DNA of 64,000 nt from a virus (IMGVR_UViG_3300027819_000009:10658-74657), one strand, 5' to 3'. Numbered from the stretch's first letter, positions 29,783 through 40,215 are shown. A program made the numbers and translations. Notes: generated by a model from the sequence alone, not told the origin.

Positions 29783-30913
29783 TTCAAAATCCTCCCTTCC
29801 TTCTCTGCTATTTTCGCATACCATTTAGAATGATATGTCTTTCTCTTCGGCTGATGCTCCTTCAGCTTACCGGCTTTTAAATCCCGCAGCCACAATTCAA
29901 ATGGGCCAATGTTTGCTATCTTCATTTTTTACTTACTGTTTTTACGTGTTTTTGCATCTCTAATAAAATATCGTGTTTCATGTTCGAAATCTGAGTCCCT
30001 AATTCCGTCCTTATGTTCTTTAAAATACCATCTCTTAACTGTATGCTAGTATGTATTTCTTTAATCCTATCCGCAAGAACAGTTTTTAATTCTTTCCTAT
30101 TCCAAATCTTAGAATTGGCAGCTTCTAATTTTTGATACTGAACATCGTTTTCATTCCGCAGCCTAAGAACCTTCTTTTCCAAATGCTGGCTATATAGGAA
30201 GTAAGCGATAGCGGTCGCTAAAAGACACCCAATCAACGCATCTTTATTTAAAAAGAAAACACCTAACTCTTGGTTAAAATAGCCAATAACAAACGATGCT
30301 ATAATCCCAACTATTACTAAAACTCTTGTTTTTCCGTACATATATTTATTTTTCGTTTACTAATTTTACTTCTATTATTGATGTTTCGTTTACATTAAAT
30401 AAAGACTTGAATTTTTTAATCGCATGAACATCAGACTTTGCATATAAAATACAAAAATGTTCTATTTTCTTTATGAAATATTTAATCTTATACTGCCTCA
30501 TTAAATCCGATGCTGTGTGTTCGTTTCTTTTTCCAAATCTAATCCCATTAGTATAGCAAATGCCAAGAACAAAAGTCCCGCCCCTATAAGAAGTGTAAAT
30601 GCCTCCTGTGCCGTTAGATCATGATTCTCGCCTGCGTGATTAAATTTAACCCAGTCCTTGCCATCCTTTTTATATACCTCGTATGGGTATTTAGTGTTTT
30701 TTATTTCTGTAACTTTCATTTATTTTATATGCTGTTTAATCTCATCTTCATTTAAAACCCTAAACACCCGCCAGTTTCCGCCTTCCCAAAACGGAATGTT
30801 GCCATACTTATATCCAGACCAACCGTACTCTGTAACATGAGTTACTTTAGTTATTCCAGATGGGGTAAACATGTAATCTCCGACTTTTGGCTTAACCCAT
30901 GCCTTCATTTCTA

Positions 30914-31651
30914 TTAAATCTTTGTCCATTCCCATTCTGATACGTATTTTTCTAAGGATTTTTTATCCATATTCTTAACCTTTAAATACTCCACGTTATT
31001 TGATGTCGCATAAGGATTAGCCTTGCTGTCCTTTGATGGTGGATGCATTATATGATAGCAGTCTCCTTCAACTCTTCCGATGAGATAGCCTAAGTTTTTA
31101 ACCCTCTCATAGCGCTCCTTATCTTCTGGCACATGCGCTCCAAGAAGATGTTCGTTTTCGAGTCCGCATTTTAAATAGTGTTCTCGATTCAAAAAACAAG
31201 CACCACCGCAACTTCCGGTTACATAAGAATTGTGCTTTTTAATTACACCGTCAGTAATGTAGCTTCTTTCTATGTCATAAAAGGATCCGTAGTATGGATA
31301 AGTTAGGGTTAATCCTTCCCGAAGCAACTGAACGGCCTTTAGAATGTTTTCAGGCTCAAATACACAGTCTGTGTCGTAAATTGCGATGTAGGGAGTTTCT
31401 GCATTTATAATTCCATAATTAATAACTTTTGTTCTATGAAAATCATCTCCAAATAAAATACTATGCTTATATCCTTTGTCTGGCGAATTGTAAACACTTA
31501 TTTGACTTCCCGATTCCACTAAGTTAATTTTAGTATCAAAGTTGTCTTTTAAAAACTTCAGAATACATTGCAGATTCTCCCCCCTCTCCAGCGAATCTCG
31601 GAAGTAAGGAATTATGAATGTCACGTCAGATAAGTCTATTCGAGATTTCAT
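30914..31651 (-). CDS. GT2/GT7-type galactosyltransferase-like protein
   Basis: TFIIPYFRD, HRTKVINYG, IYDTDCV, GLENE...EDKERYER, YHIMHP. Confidence 0.8.
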   Translation of the reverse strand: MKSRIDLSDVTFIIPYFRDSLERGENLQCILKFLKDNFDTKINLVESGSQISVYNSPDKGYKHSILFGDDFHRTKVINYGIINAETPYIAIYDTDCVFEPENILKAVQLLREGLTLTYPYYGSFYDIERSYITDGVIKKHNSYVTGSCGGACFLNREHYLKCGLENEHLLGAHVPEDKERYERVKNLGYLIGRVEGDCYHIMHPPSKDSKANPYATSNNVEYLKVKNMDKKSLEKYVSEWEWTKI

Positions 31652-32079
31652 TTGTTTTTAATTAATGCTTGCAATGTTTTTAATCTTTCTCTATTATGTT
31701 CTGTCGGAGCATGTTTTACCATTTGAATCCAATTAGTAAATAAGCCCTTCATTCCGTATTTCTCTACATACTTATTAGATGCAAATAAATCAGCAGATGA
31801 ATCTGAGTTAACTAAAAACCGATTGTAAGCATAAAACAACAACCATAAGCGAAACTTTTTATCAAACTGTTTAAATCGTTTGTAGTTTATTTCAATGTTG
31901 CCAGATATAGCCCCGACTCTAATTGGATTTCTAACACTTACTACCGTAGGATCGGAACGGTCAGCCATTTCTGGATTACAGAAGATTAATCTTCCGCTAT
32001 CCAACACAAAAACCGAATCACTCTTTATGAGGTCTTTTTCGGCTAGCTCCTGTAGCATTTCTAAATCGAGTTTATTCAT
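31648..32079 (-). CDS. Probable inactive paralogue of the HExxH protease at 37626
   Basis: Gapless hand alignment RNPIRVGAISGNIEINYK vs RTPLRVNSKSKIMEIAKK; HEFAH replaced by YAYNR. Confidence 0.5.
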   Translation of the reverse strand: MNKLDLEMLQELAEKDLIKSDSVFVLDSGRLIFCNPEMADRSDPTVVSVRNPIRVGAISGNIEINYKRFKQFDKKFRLWLLFYAYNRFLVNSDSSADLFASNKYVEKYGMKGLFTNWIQMVKHAPTEHNRERLKTLQALIKNK

Positions 32080-33037
32080 TTCTTTTAGTTTTACAATCCA
32101 CTATAACAAACCTTCCCATTAATATAGATGTTAATGGTGTTTACAAACTCATGTGCCAATATTTTACTTCCAAACTCATGGCGAAGTTCCTGTTTTCCGG
32201 TTAGCCCATTCATTTGATTTACTATATACACACTCTTCTCTTTGCGAGGCTCTGTATAATATACGCTTGGTGTTTTGCTCATAGTTATTTATTTTGGTAA
32301 ACGTTAGTTAAAAAATTCAAATGCCCCTTAAGCTCGAAATACAGCTCGTTCCTTCGCTCCTGGCTAATACCCACCATCTCAGCCTTATAAGCCTCAACAA
32401 GCGGCCCTATTTTCGACGTAACCCCCATAGGCTCCTTACCAATCCACTTGCTTATTTCGGTTATTAGCTTATCCAATCTTAAGTTAGCCTCCGCAGACTC
32501 TAATTCAAATTCGGCCATCCTCTGCTTCTTTAAGATTTCCTGTTTGCTCTCTCCTATAGCAATCGCCGATTCCTTATCCATCTTCCGGAGATTTAATAAA
32601 AACTCCACCGATTTTGGATCGTTCTTTATTCTAAGTAAGTCGTTGATATCCTCAACCTCTTTCTTATACTTCGAGAGCTTCTCTTCGTTCTGTGCTATTT
32701 GCGCTTTCAAATTCATGCCTCTTCCTCCTCTTCATCATCGGCGAAAATTCCACCAAAGTCTATAAATACACCATGCGGACGGGTATCCTCTTCGTTTTCA
32801 AAAAATCCAATTACAGAATAAGCACCATCTCCGTACAGTGTACTCGTACAAATACCCTCTTTAAATACCTTTAGATTATCGTCACCTAGTATATCACAAA
32901 ACTCATCCCAGTTCTTACCGAGAGATTTAGGAACGCCATCTTCGTTGTGTAAAATATAGCATGGGTCTCCTATCCATACTATTCCGGCATCCACCGTTAT
33001 ATACCCCAACTCTCGTGGTATAAAGTTTTTTAGTTTT

Positions 33038-33907
33038 TTAATCTTGTCTTTCATATTCTAATATTGGTTTAAAATCGTATTCCACTAACTCATGCAACTT
33101 TTCTATTGGTGTGCTTAGCCAAATCTCTAAATGTTTAGGGTTAAACTTTCCATTCTTTTGTAAGTTTTCCTTTTCCCACATAGGGCGATAATTAGCCCAG
33201 TGAAATGCTCTTTGCTGACACTCCGTAATCTTCATATCAAATGCAACTAAGGGTATCCGATGTTCAAAATGCCACCCATTTTTTCCGTAATTTTCCCAAG
33301 TCATACCTTCTAAAAACAACGATTCAATATGTTTAATAAAAAATCCTATTGTGCAATCAAGCAACCAAAATGTTTTATTTTTCTTACCGCCCATTAAAAC
33401 AGCCCTTCTTACATATCCTCTAAGTAAATCCGAAACCCTATACTGAAGATTTTCTTTTCTTAGCTTGTTTTTTTGTAATCTTCTTGCGTTTTTCGCTTCT
33501 GGAGTTTGCGCTCTTATCTTGTTTTTTTCACGAATCGATTCTTTGTTTTTTTCTTCGTATATTCTGCGCTTTTCCAATACTACATCTCTGTTTTCTTCGT
33601 AGTATTTTTTTCCGTAATCATAATGATACTGTTTTCTTTTTTTAGATTTCTTATTCCATTCTAGTCTTTTGCATATTTTACAAACTACACCTCTTCCTTT
33701 AGGGAATTCAGTTAGTGGCTTTTCTTCCTTGCAATTGTTGCAGTTTTTGGTTTCTTTTTTTATTTTTATTATAGAAATACGTCCGATGTCTTTTGTTTTT
33801 TTAGGCCTTCGTTTATTATAGTTTGCCACACAAGACCTACATCGTGTCTGCTTTTTACTAAAAGCTGAATCTTCTTTTTCTGTTTTACACTTACTGCAAA
33901 ATTTCAT
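33038..33907 (-). CDS. HNH-type endonuclease, paralogue of 22132
   Basis: KFCSKCK; WENYGKNGWHFEHRIPL...HWANYRPMWEKENLQK. Confidence 0.78.
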   Translation of the reverse strand: MKFCSKCKTEKEDSAFSKKQTRCRSCVANYNKRRPKKTKDIGRISIIKIKKETKNCNNCKEEKPLTEFPKGRGVVCKICKRLEWNKKSKKRKQYHYDYGKKYYEENRDVVLEKRRIYEEKNKESIREKNKIRAQTPEAKNARRLQKNKLRKENLQYRVSDLLRGYVRRAVLMGGKKNKTFWLLDCTIGFFIKHIESLFLEGMTWENYGKNGWHFEHRIPLVAFDMKITECQQRAFHWANYRPMWEKENLQKNGKFNPKHLEIWLSTPIEKLHELVEYDFKPILEYERQD

Positions 33908-33908
33908 T

Positions 33909-34559
33909 TTAATTCGATTCTAAATGTGAAATATTAGAGTGGTGAATAACATAGCCACACCCGTATAACTTGACTTTGTTTTTGTACTTATCTAGTAGTT
34001 GTTTATTGAATGCTTTATTGTCTTGTAATCCATTCGCTCCAACCCACGTAACATCTAAATCTTTGCGCCAAATTACATTAGTGGTAAACAAAGAATCTAA
34101 ATCAGGAGTCGCACTAAGCAATTCTTCAATCCCTTTTAAATTATCTAGTTTCCTGTAAACATTAAAATAGGCCCACTGGTACATAGTAGGATCGAATGCT
34201 GTTTTAATGTTCCATAGATGGTTGGGTAAAAACGAATCATCTGCATCTAAATTCACTAATACAACTCCAGAAGCCCTATCTATACCGGTTTGCCTCACTC
34301 TGCCGTCGAATGCCTCGTGTTTTGGAAGTTCGATTAGCTTTATTTTTCCAGATTTCAAATATTGATTATACTCAGTTTTGAGTATTTTGTTAGTCTCTTG
34401 ACATCCGTCGCTAATAATAATAAGCTCAAAGTTAGTATAAGACTGGTTTAGTGCCGAATTAACCGCTCGCCGGAATTTTTTAGGCAAATTGTCGGTTCTA
34501 TCTGCCCTAACCCCCAAAAAACTAGGCATAATAACAGATATTTTATAATTATTACTCAT
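33909..34559 (-). CDS. GT2 glycosyltransferase
   Basis: ISVIMPSF, ELIIISDGC, LDADDSFLPNHL. Confidence 0.85.
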   Translation of the reverse strand: MSNNYKISVIMPSFLGVRADRTDNLPKKFRRAVNSALNQSYTNFELIIISDGCQETNKILKTEYNQYLKSGKIKLIELPKHEAFDGRVRQTGIDRASGVVLVNLDADDSFLPNHLWNIKTAFDPTMYQWAYFNVYRKLDNLKGIEELLSATPDLDSLFTTNVIWRKDLDVTWVGANGLQDNKAFNKQLLDKYKNKVKLYGCGYVIHHSNISHLESN

Positions 34560-34878
34560 CCTTTTCCTGTTTTTTTACCCAATCTCGCATTACACCAATG
34601 ACCAACTGAGTAATTGATGCCTCCCCTTTTAGGGCGTATAAATCCTGGTATAGGGATTCTGGCCATTTCATTTGCCTAGGACATACTTTTTCTTTTACTG
34701 CGCTCGGAGGGAAATCAACAAGCGCTTCTTTAAATTTTTTTCTTCCTGCCATGTTGGGTATAAATATATATAACAACACTGTATTATCCAAATATGGTGT
34801 CAAAAAGATTTGAGTTTTCCTTGTGGATAACTTTATATATCCCCAACTTTGCTTTTAAACAATTTGAAAATTTCAATC

Positions 34879-34971
34879 ATGAAAGAAAACGCGATTTTAG
34901 GCCTTGTTATTGTACTATCAATAGTAGTTGCATTACAGGCTAACAAACAACTTGATAAATTAACTGCTTAA
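34879..34971 (+). CDS. 30-aa single-TM peptide heading the structural operon
   Basis: Manual translation MKENAILGLVIVLSIVVALQANKQLDKLTA. Confidence 0.55.
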   Translation: MKENAILGLVIVLSIVVALQANKQLDKLTA

Positions 34972-35026
34972 TTGACTCTGTAGTCAACAGCAATTAATCA
35001 TCAATGATGAAAAACAAAAAAGAACA

Positions 35027-35716
35027 ATGAAAAAAAGAAACACGCCAGTAAACCCTCATAATGAGTGGTTCTCGGCAAATGGAGATCAAGATTGGAACAG
35101 TGCAGATGAGTGGAGAGGTGCTGATTCTAGTTGGGACGCAAATGGCGGAGATCGCCAAGCAGTGCAAACACACTCAAGCGCACCTTACATTTTACAAATT
35201 GTTAACGCATGTACAAGTGCAATAGCAGATGTAGATATTGGAGATGCAGCAAGAAACCGCACAAGCGCAACGTTCAACCTAAACTCGAACATCACAGTTA
35301 CATCAACTGTGCAGGGTATTAACTACCTTGAGTATTTGGCTATGTCAGAATCTCAACCGTTTTTAGTAGGTGCAACGATGATTATTTCAACAAGCGCCGG
35401 GCAACTGGATCAGACTGTTAAAATAACTCACCGTAATCCTTCTGGGGACGACTGGGGCCACGTAATTACGCCCACCCTCACTTTGAACCAAAACCAAACG
35501 GATCGTGTAATTGATGACTATGAGTATCTTATGACATCAATGACTCGTTTGAGATGGAACCAAATCAATGCATCTGCGACAGTAACTTGTCGTCAGTACT
35601 TGAAAGGCAAATTTGCAGCAAATCAAATTTTAGTTGGACGTCCTGCTTTGCAGGGTTACGGACAGCCGAATGTTGTGGCAAATGCTAAAGGTATCCAAAC
35701 GTTGATTCGCGGTTAA
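35027..35716 (+). CDS. Candidate major capsid protein (predicted beta-rich, single jelly-roll-like) with W-x-x-A-[ND] repeat leader
   Basis: First large gene of the structural operon, followed by its own terminator; alternating beta-strand pattern; codons skewed to AAC/ATC/CGT relative to its paralogue; fold is inferred. Confidence 0.6.
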   Translation: MKKRNTPVNPHNEWFSANGDQDWNSADEWRGADSSWDANGGDRQAVQTHSSAPYILQIVNACTSAIADVDIGDAARNRTSATFNLNSNITVTSTVQGINYLEYLAMSESQPFLVGATMIISTSAGQLDQTVKITHRNPSGDDWGHVITPTLTLNQNQTDRVIDDYEYLMTSMTRLRWNQINASATVTCRQYLKGKFAANQILVGRPALQGYGQPNVVANAKGIQTLIRG

Positions 35717-35741
35717 TTTAGTAGCGATTATTTAATTTAAA

Positions 35742-35775
35742 AGGGCAGGCATCTGTATGTTCTGCTCTTTTTTTT
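35742..35775 (+). terminator. Intrinsic terminator after the candidate major capsid gene
   Basis: AGGGCAGGCAT/ATGTTCTGCTCT stem followed by a long T tract. Confidence 0.75.
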
Positions 35776-35805
35776 AAACTAAACGATTTAATTCCATTTC
35801 GCCAG

Positions 35806-36420
35806 ATGAACAACACAGAATTTTTTAACAACGAGTCGTCCCAAAATAGGGATATTTGGCGTTATGCGAATGGTAGTAATATTTCAAAGGAAGATTTAAT
35901 TAAAGGGCCGGCGCCTTTTATTTTTCAGATTGTAAACGATCAGTCTGCTCCGGAGCCAGCGATAGCAGATGTGGATATTGGGGATGCTGCGAGAAACAGA
36001 ACAAGTGCAACGTTCAATTTAAATTCACACATTACAGTTACATCAGCGGTTCAGGGCATTAATTACAGAGAGTTTTTAGCCATATCAGAGAATAGTCCAT
36101 TCTTGGTAGGTGCAATTATGATTATTTCAACAAGTGCAGGTCAGCTTGACCAAACTGTTAAAATAACTCATAGAAACGCAAGCGGAGATGAGGTTGGACA
36201 CGTTATCTCGCCAACGATTACATTAAATCAAAGACAGACGGATAGAGTGGCGGATGATTATGAGTTTATGTTTGATTCTCTTACTAGAATTAGATTTAAC
36301 CAGATTAATGCCGGTGCAACTGTTACGATAAGGATTTATCCTAAAGAGATTTATTCTTCTGCGGATTTATTAGCGAGAAGAGGTGAAATTGAAAGATTTG
36401 GCAAACCAAGACTTTATTAA
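35806..36420 (+). CDS. Paralogue of the candidate capsid protein (second/minor capsid protein)
   Basis: About 100 of 123 core residues identical to 35027..35716 by hand count. Confidence 0.6.
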   Translation: MNNTEFFNNESSQNRDIWRYANGSNISKEDLIKGPAPFIFQIVNDQSAPEPAIADVDIGDAARNRTSATFNLNSHITVTSAVQGINYREFLAISENSPFLVGAIMIISTSAGQLDQTVKITHRNASGDEVGHVISPTITLNQRQTDRVADDYEFMFDSLTRIRFNQINAGATVTIRIYPKEIYSSADLLARRGEIERFGKPRLY

Positions 36421-36564
36421 ATGACAGATAAAGAAATTGAAATATCGGAAAAACAACATGCTGAAGTAATTCGGCAGATGAAAATAAGCAATATCACAAG
36501 TGGTATTATTGCCACAGCTTCTTTATTTACATTGATTACAATTTTTGTAAAACTTACAAAATGA
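36421..36564 (+). CDS. 47-aa protein with C-terminal TM
   Basis: Manual translation ...SGIIATASLFTLITIFVKLTK. Confidence 0.5.
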   Translation: MTDKEIEISEKQHAEVIRQMKISNITSGIIATASLFTLITIFVKLTK

Positions 36565-37034
36565 TTTATTTAAAACATAATCTACAGCAGAATATAGCGA
36601 GTGCGAATAGCACGAAGGATCCTGCTATGCGTGAGGATATTGTTTTATCTGAGATAGGCAAGCGGATTGCTGTTCGGCCGGAGGTTGTTATTGGGTTTTT
36701 AAAAAAATCAGATATTAATGTTTCTGATACGGCATCTACTGGCAAGATGGTTAGTCTTGTTTCAAAGAACATTGGTAAAAACAAAAACCTAATTGTTTTA
36801 TTTGCTAAAGATATTGGGGCGGGAGAAGGCTCGGAGTTAATGGCGAAGTCTATTTATGAGGTTTTTAAAAAGCCAGGAGCGGAGAGTGAATTAATGAAAT
36901 ACACTAAGGCGATTAAGGGAATAGCTCTTAGCGCTGATGGCGGGGACGATATTAAATGGGGGGCGAGGGTTGCTGTTGGGATTGTTGTTGTTTTAGGGAT
37001 AGGATTTGCAGTTTATAAATATAAGAATGGGTAA
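36561..37034 (+). CDS. Putative virion membrane protein, C-terminal TM
   Basis: LSADGG motif then VAVGIVVVLGIGFAVYKYK. Confidence 0.65.
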   Translation: MIYLKHNLQQNIASANSTKDPAMREDIVLSEIGKRIAVRPEVVIGFLKKSDINVSDTASTGKMVSLVSKNIGKNKNLIVLFAKDIGAGEGSELMAKSIYEVFKKPGAESELMKYTKAIKGIALSADGGDDIKWGARVAVGIVVVLGIGFAVYKYKNG

Positions 37035-37278
37035 GAGTTTGGATGATAAAAAATTAGAGGAGGCTGTGCAGGCGATGTATAGCGGGAGCCTTGGGGCGAA
37101 GATTAAGAAAAACTCGTCGTATGTGATTACGGGGATGTTTATAGGGGGGGTTGCTGGGCTAATGATTGCAAGTTTTATGGGTAAGAGTAAATTGTGGGGT
37201 GCGGTGATTGGGGCGGGAGTTTCGGGAATTGGAGGATATATAGTTTCGAATAATACTAAAAATAAAGAAGATGAGTAA
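37027..37278 (+). CDS. Two-TM glycine-zipper membrane protein
   Basis: GMFIGGVAGLMIA and GAVIGAGVSGIGG. Confidence 0.65.
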   Translation: MGKSLDDKKLEEAVQAMYSGSLGAKIKKNSSYVITGMFIGGVAGLMIASFMGKSKLWGAVIGAGVSGIGGYIVSNNTKNKEDE

Positions 37279-37621
37279 CACAGCAGAAGAAGTAATGGAA
37301 AAGGCTGGAACTAATCAGCACACCGGATCGTATGGTAATACGAAAGGCAAATCTGCTAATTCTCTTTATAAGAGTTATAAAACGTTCGTTACAGATAGGG
37401 GACAGAAACCGCTAGATTTTACTCCTTGGTTAAAATGGGCAAAGGCTAAAGGTATTGTTCCGGCTAATGTAAGTGAGAAAGAAGAGTTTAAGGCTGATGC
37501 GGAAAACAATAATACTAATGTTACTACAGATTCTATTCCTACTTGGAAAATTGCGGTTGGAGTTGTGTTGGTGGTTGGCATAGGAGTGGCTATTTATATG
37601 AATTATAAAAAACCTTCATAA
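37271..37621 (+). CDS. Putative virion membrane protein, C-terminal TM
   Basis: FKADAE motif then IAVGVVLVVGIGVAIY. Confidence 0.65.
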   Translation: MSNTAEEVMEKAGTNQHTGSYGNTKGKSANSLYKSYKTFVTDRGQKPLDFTPWLKWAKAKGIVPANVSEKEEFKADAENNNTNVTTDSIPTWKIAVGVVLVVGIGVAIYMNYKKPS

Positions 37622-37625
37622 AAAA

Positions 37626-38411
37626 ATGAAATTCGGAGTTGCGAGAAAATACGGAGACCAGCAGATTATAATTCCTGTTCGCACAAGGAGCAAGGAGAGG
37701 ATTGTTGTTAGGATATCGCATCCAACTAAACCTAATACGGTTTATTTCGATATTGCTCCAATTATAAACGGGGAAGATGTTATTGTGGCGAAGATACCAA
37801 AGATGCCGGAAACGGTAATAATGGAGGTTTATAACGAGGCTAATGGGCATACAGATAAGGATGGCTCGTTCCAAATTAAAGAACCGAGGATAATGCCTAT
37901 TATTCAGGGCTTTGCAGTTAAGCGATTGATGGATCCGAATGTTAATCGGTTTGCTATGTTCTTGGATGATTTTGCGGAGAATGCGGCGATTATTTCGGCA
38001 CAGAATAGTATTTATAGGAGTCCGGACGGAAAATTTGAGATTCATTATAAGGATGTTATTCGGGATGATAAAGGAAATGAATTAAGGACGCCATTGCGTG
38101 TGAATAGTAAAAGCAAGATAATGGAGATTGCAAAAAAATACTACATTACCTATACTGTTCCTGGGCGTAAGATGTGGGCTTGGCATGAGTTTGCTCATGT
38201 TTGGATAAACAATAATCCGGCAGATGAACTTGAGGCTGATAAGCATGCTATAAAAATTTACTTGGGTTATGGAAATCCAATCGCAGAGGCTTATAATGTG
38301 GTGTTGAAGGTTTTTAAGAATACGCCGTCGGATTTAAATAAGCAGAGATACTTGGCACTAAACGATTATATAAAGAATTTTAACAAAGAAATGACTAAAA
38401 ACTTATCATAA
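37626..38411 (+). CDS. Zinc metallopeptidase (HExxH...ExxAD), candidate maturation protease
   Basis: WHEFAHVWINNNPADELEADKHA; the only soluble enzyme-like gene among the membrane genes. Confidence 0.75.
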   Translation: MKFGVARKYGDQQIIIPVRTRSKERIVVRISHPTKPNTVYFDIAPIINGEDVIVAKIPKMPETVIMEVYNEANGHTDKDGSFQIKEPRIMPIIQGFAVKRLMDPNVNRFAMFLDDFAENAAIISAQNSIYRSPDGKFEIHYKDVIRDDKGNELRTPLRVNSKSKIMEIAKKYYITYTVPGRKMWAWHEFAHVWINNNPADELEADKHAIKIYLGYGNPIAEAYNVVLKVFKNTPSDLNKQRYLALNDYIKNFNKEMTKNLS

Positions 38412-38421
38412 ACTAAAAAAC

Positions 38422-38751
38422 ATGAATAAAGTAGCAATTGGAGCATCATTATTACTAGCATTTGGTATAGGGTATGCCATAGCGAGTAGAAACAAAATCC
38501 CAGAAGGGATAGTTGTTGATTACATTAATAAGAAAAACAGAACGTTTGATGTGTTCGTTAACTATGGCGGACAGGTTTCTTATGCTGATGAGGCGAAATG
38601 GGATCAGATTCACATCCTAACGCCGATTAATGATAACGGAAAGTATTCTTTTGGTATTGATTATGAAGGAAACAAAACGTATATAACAATTAAAGAAAGA
38701 TTAACTGGAAAAGTTATTCAAGAAAAAGTTATTGATTGGGATAAAGTTTAA
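38422..38751 (+). CDS. N-terminal TM protein
   Basis: VAIGASLLLAFGIGYAIA then a beta-rich domain. Confidence 0.6.
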   Translation: MNKVAIGASLLLAFGIGYAIASRNKIPEGIVVDYINKKNRTFDVFVNYGGQVSYADEAKWDQIHILTPINDNGKYSFGIDYEGNKTYITIKERLTGKVIQEKVIDWDKV

Positions 38752-38762
38752 AAACTAATATT

Positions 38763-39254
38763 ATGGAAAAAGGAGCGAAAATAGCATTAGTGGTTGGTGG
38801 GATTGTTGTTGCCATATGTGCAGCAATAGGAATATACTATGCCACAAGGCCTAAAGATACAACATCTGGAAATACCGGTGGTGGTTCTGGTGATGGAAGC
38901 GGAAGTGGCGGAACTGGACTGAATTTAAACATAGACCAGATAAAAGATGTTCTTGGCCAATTTGCTCAAGCGACAAAAGAGAAGTTTCCCTTCCGGATTG
39001 GTATGTACGGGCCGAATATAAAAGCTATGCAGACGGCGTTAAAGAATAAGTTCGGGCAGGATTTGAAAACTGATGGTATTTTTGGAGTTAAAACATTTAA
39101 TGCTTTGAAAAAGACTGGTTATGCTACTCTTTTGGAGAATACTATAAATGACGAGAAGTTTTTAGATATCATTGATGGTAAAAAGATAACAGGCTTTTCG
39201 GCGAATGGCGCGAAGAATGTATTAATGCCATCTGGTAATTATATGCCGATTTAA
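38763..39254 (+). CDS. Membrane-anchored peptidoglycan-binding protein
   Basis: N-terminal TM, G/S linker, GMYGPNIKAMQTAL...DGIFGVKTFNAL (PG_binding_1 pattern). Confidence 0.8.
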   Translation: MEKGAKIALVVGGIVVAICAAIGIYYATRPKDTTSGNTGGGSGDGSGSGGTGLNLNIDQIKDVLGQFAQATKEKFPFRIGMYGPNIKAMQTALKNKFGQDLKTDGIFGVKTFNALKKTGYATLLENTINDEKFLDIIDGKKITGFSANGAKNVLMPSGNYMPI

Positions 39255-39266
39255 AAATAAGAAATT

Positions 39267-39713
39267 ATGACAAAAGGACAAGTTGTATTATTAACAGGAG
39301 GGGCATTGGCTACAATAGCTATTGTTTACTTCGGCTTCATTAAGGAAGATGCCGCAGGGCTTACTTGGCTTGAGAGACTTAAGTTAGGTAATGAGGGTGA
39401 TGCGATTGGTGGCGGAAGTGAAACTCAAAAAGAAAACTTTGAAAAACTGCTTGTTAATACTGGATTAAAACCAACAGGAAAGGATTCTGGCGGTAAAGAT
39501 GTTTTAACGATTAAATTTAACGGGGATAAAAACGTGGCAGATTTTTATACTAATAGTAGGGTTTGGATTTATATGCTTTCTCCTACGGGGGCGAAGTCTA
39601 CTCCTCGCAAGGCAACTTATAGCGATGGGGGTAAAACTTTTTTAATGGATAAGGACGGAAGTCAAATAACAAAAAGCAGTGTTTTTGCAACTTTACTAGA
39701 GGCGATAAAATAA
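39267..39713 (+). CDS. N-terminal TM protein
   Basis: VVLLTGGALATIAIVYFGF. Confidence 0.6.
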   Translation: MTKGQVVLLTGGALATIAIVYFGFIKEDAAGLTWLERLKLGNEGDAIGGGSETQKENFEKLLVNTGLKPTGKDSGGKDVLTIKFNGDKNVADFYTNSRVWIYMLSPTGAKSTPRKATYSDGGKTFLMDKDGSQITKSSVFATLLEAIK

Positions 39714-39714
39714 A

Positions 39715-40215
39715 ATGGCAGATTTAGTTATACCATATAATTCACAACCTGACTATGATGAATGGGGGTCGGACACGTTTTGGCCTTTAGCGACATGGGT
39801 TGCTTGGCATAGGGGACTAGTGAAAAAATACGGCAGGTCTTTAAATCCTGGCGGATATCCTTTTGCGGATGCTATTTGGTTGAATGCGTGGAGTAAGCAG
39901 AGTTACGGAGCGAGTCCTTTACTAGCAATTGGTCAGCCGAGTAGATTTAAAGAGGAGACGGATTATTTAAAGAAGTTTCCTTTGCTGTACGAATACACAG
40001 GATTAAAAAAGCATGAAACAGGAATAAATCCTATTGATGCTACATATAAGCTGATTCAGAAATCAGCGACGGCTTTGCAGGATTTGGGAGAGGGAGTTAC
40101 GGATACGATTTCCGGAGTTGGATCTGGACTTAGCGTTTTAAAGTATGCGATTCCTGTTGTTCTTGTGATTGTAATAGGAACGGGTTTATACATTGGTTAC
40201 AAAAAATTAGCGTAA
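39715..40215 (+). CDS. C-terminal TM protein
   Basis: YAIPVVLVIVIGTGLYIGY. Confidence 0.6.
   Translation: MADLVIPYNSQPDYDEWGSDTFWPLATWVAWHRGLVKKYGRSLNPGGYPFADAIWLNAWSKQSYGASPLLAIGQPSRFKEETDYLKKFPLLYEYTGLKKHETGINPIDATYKLIQKSATALQDLGEGVTDTISGVGSGLSVLKYAIPVVLVIVIGTGLYIGYKKLA

Noticed and set aside
13358-34559. Host capsule/O-antigen locus (window being chromosomal)
   Set aside because: No wzx/wzy/wza or priming transferase; the genes are interspersed with phage-type small ORFs and homing endonucleases.
35716-35806. Read-through fusion of the two capsid-like genes into a double jelly roll
   Set aside because: The genes are out of frame (779 nt start-to-start), separated by a terminator, and I saw no slippery site.
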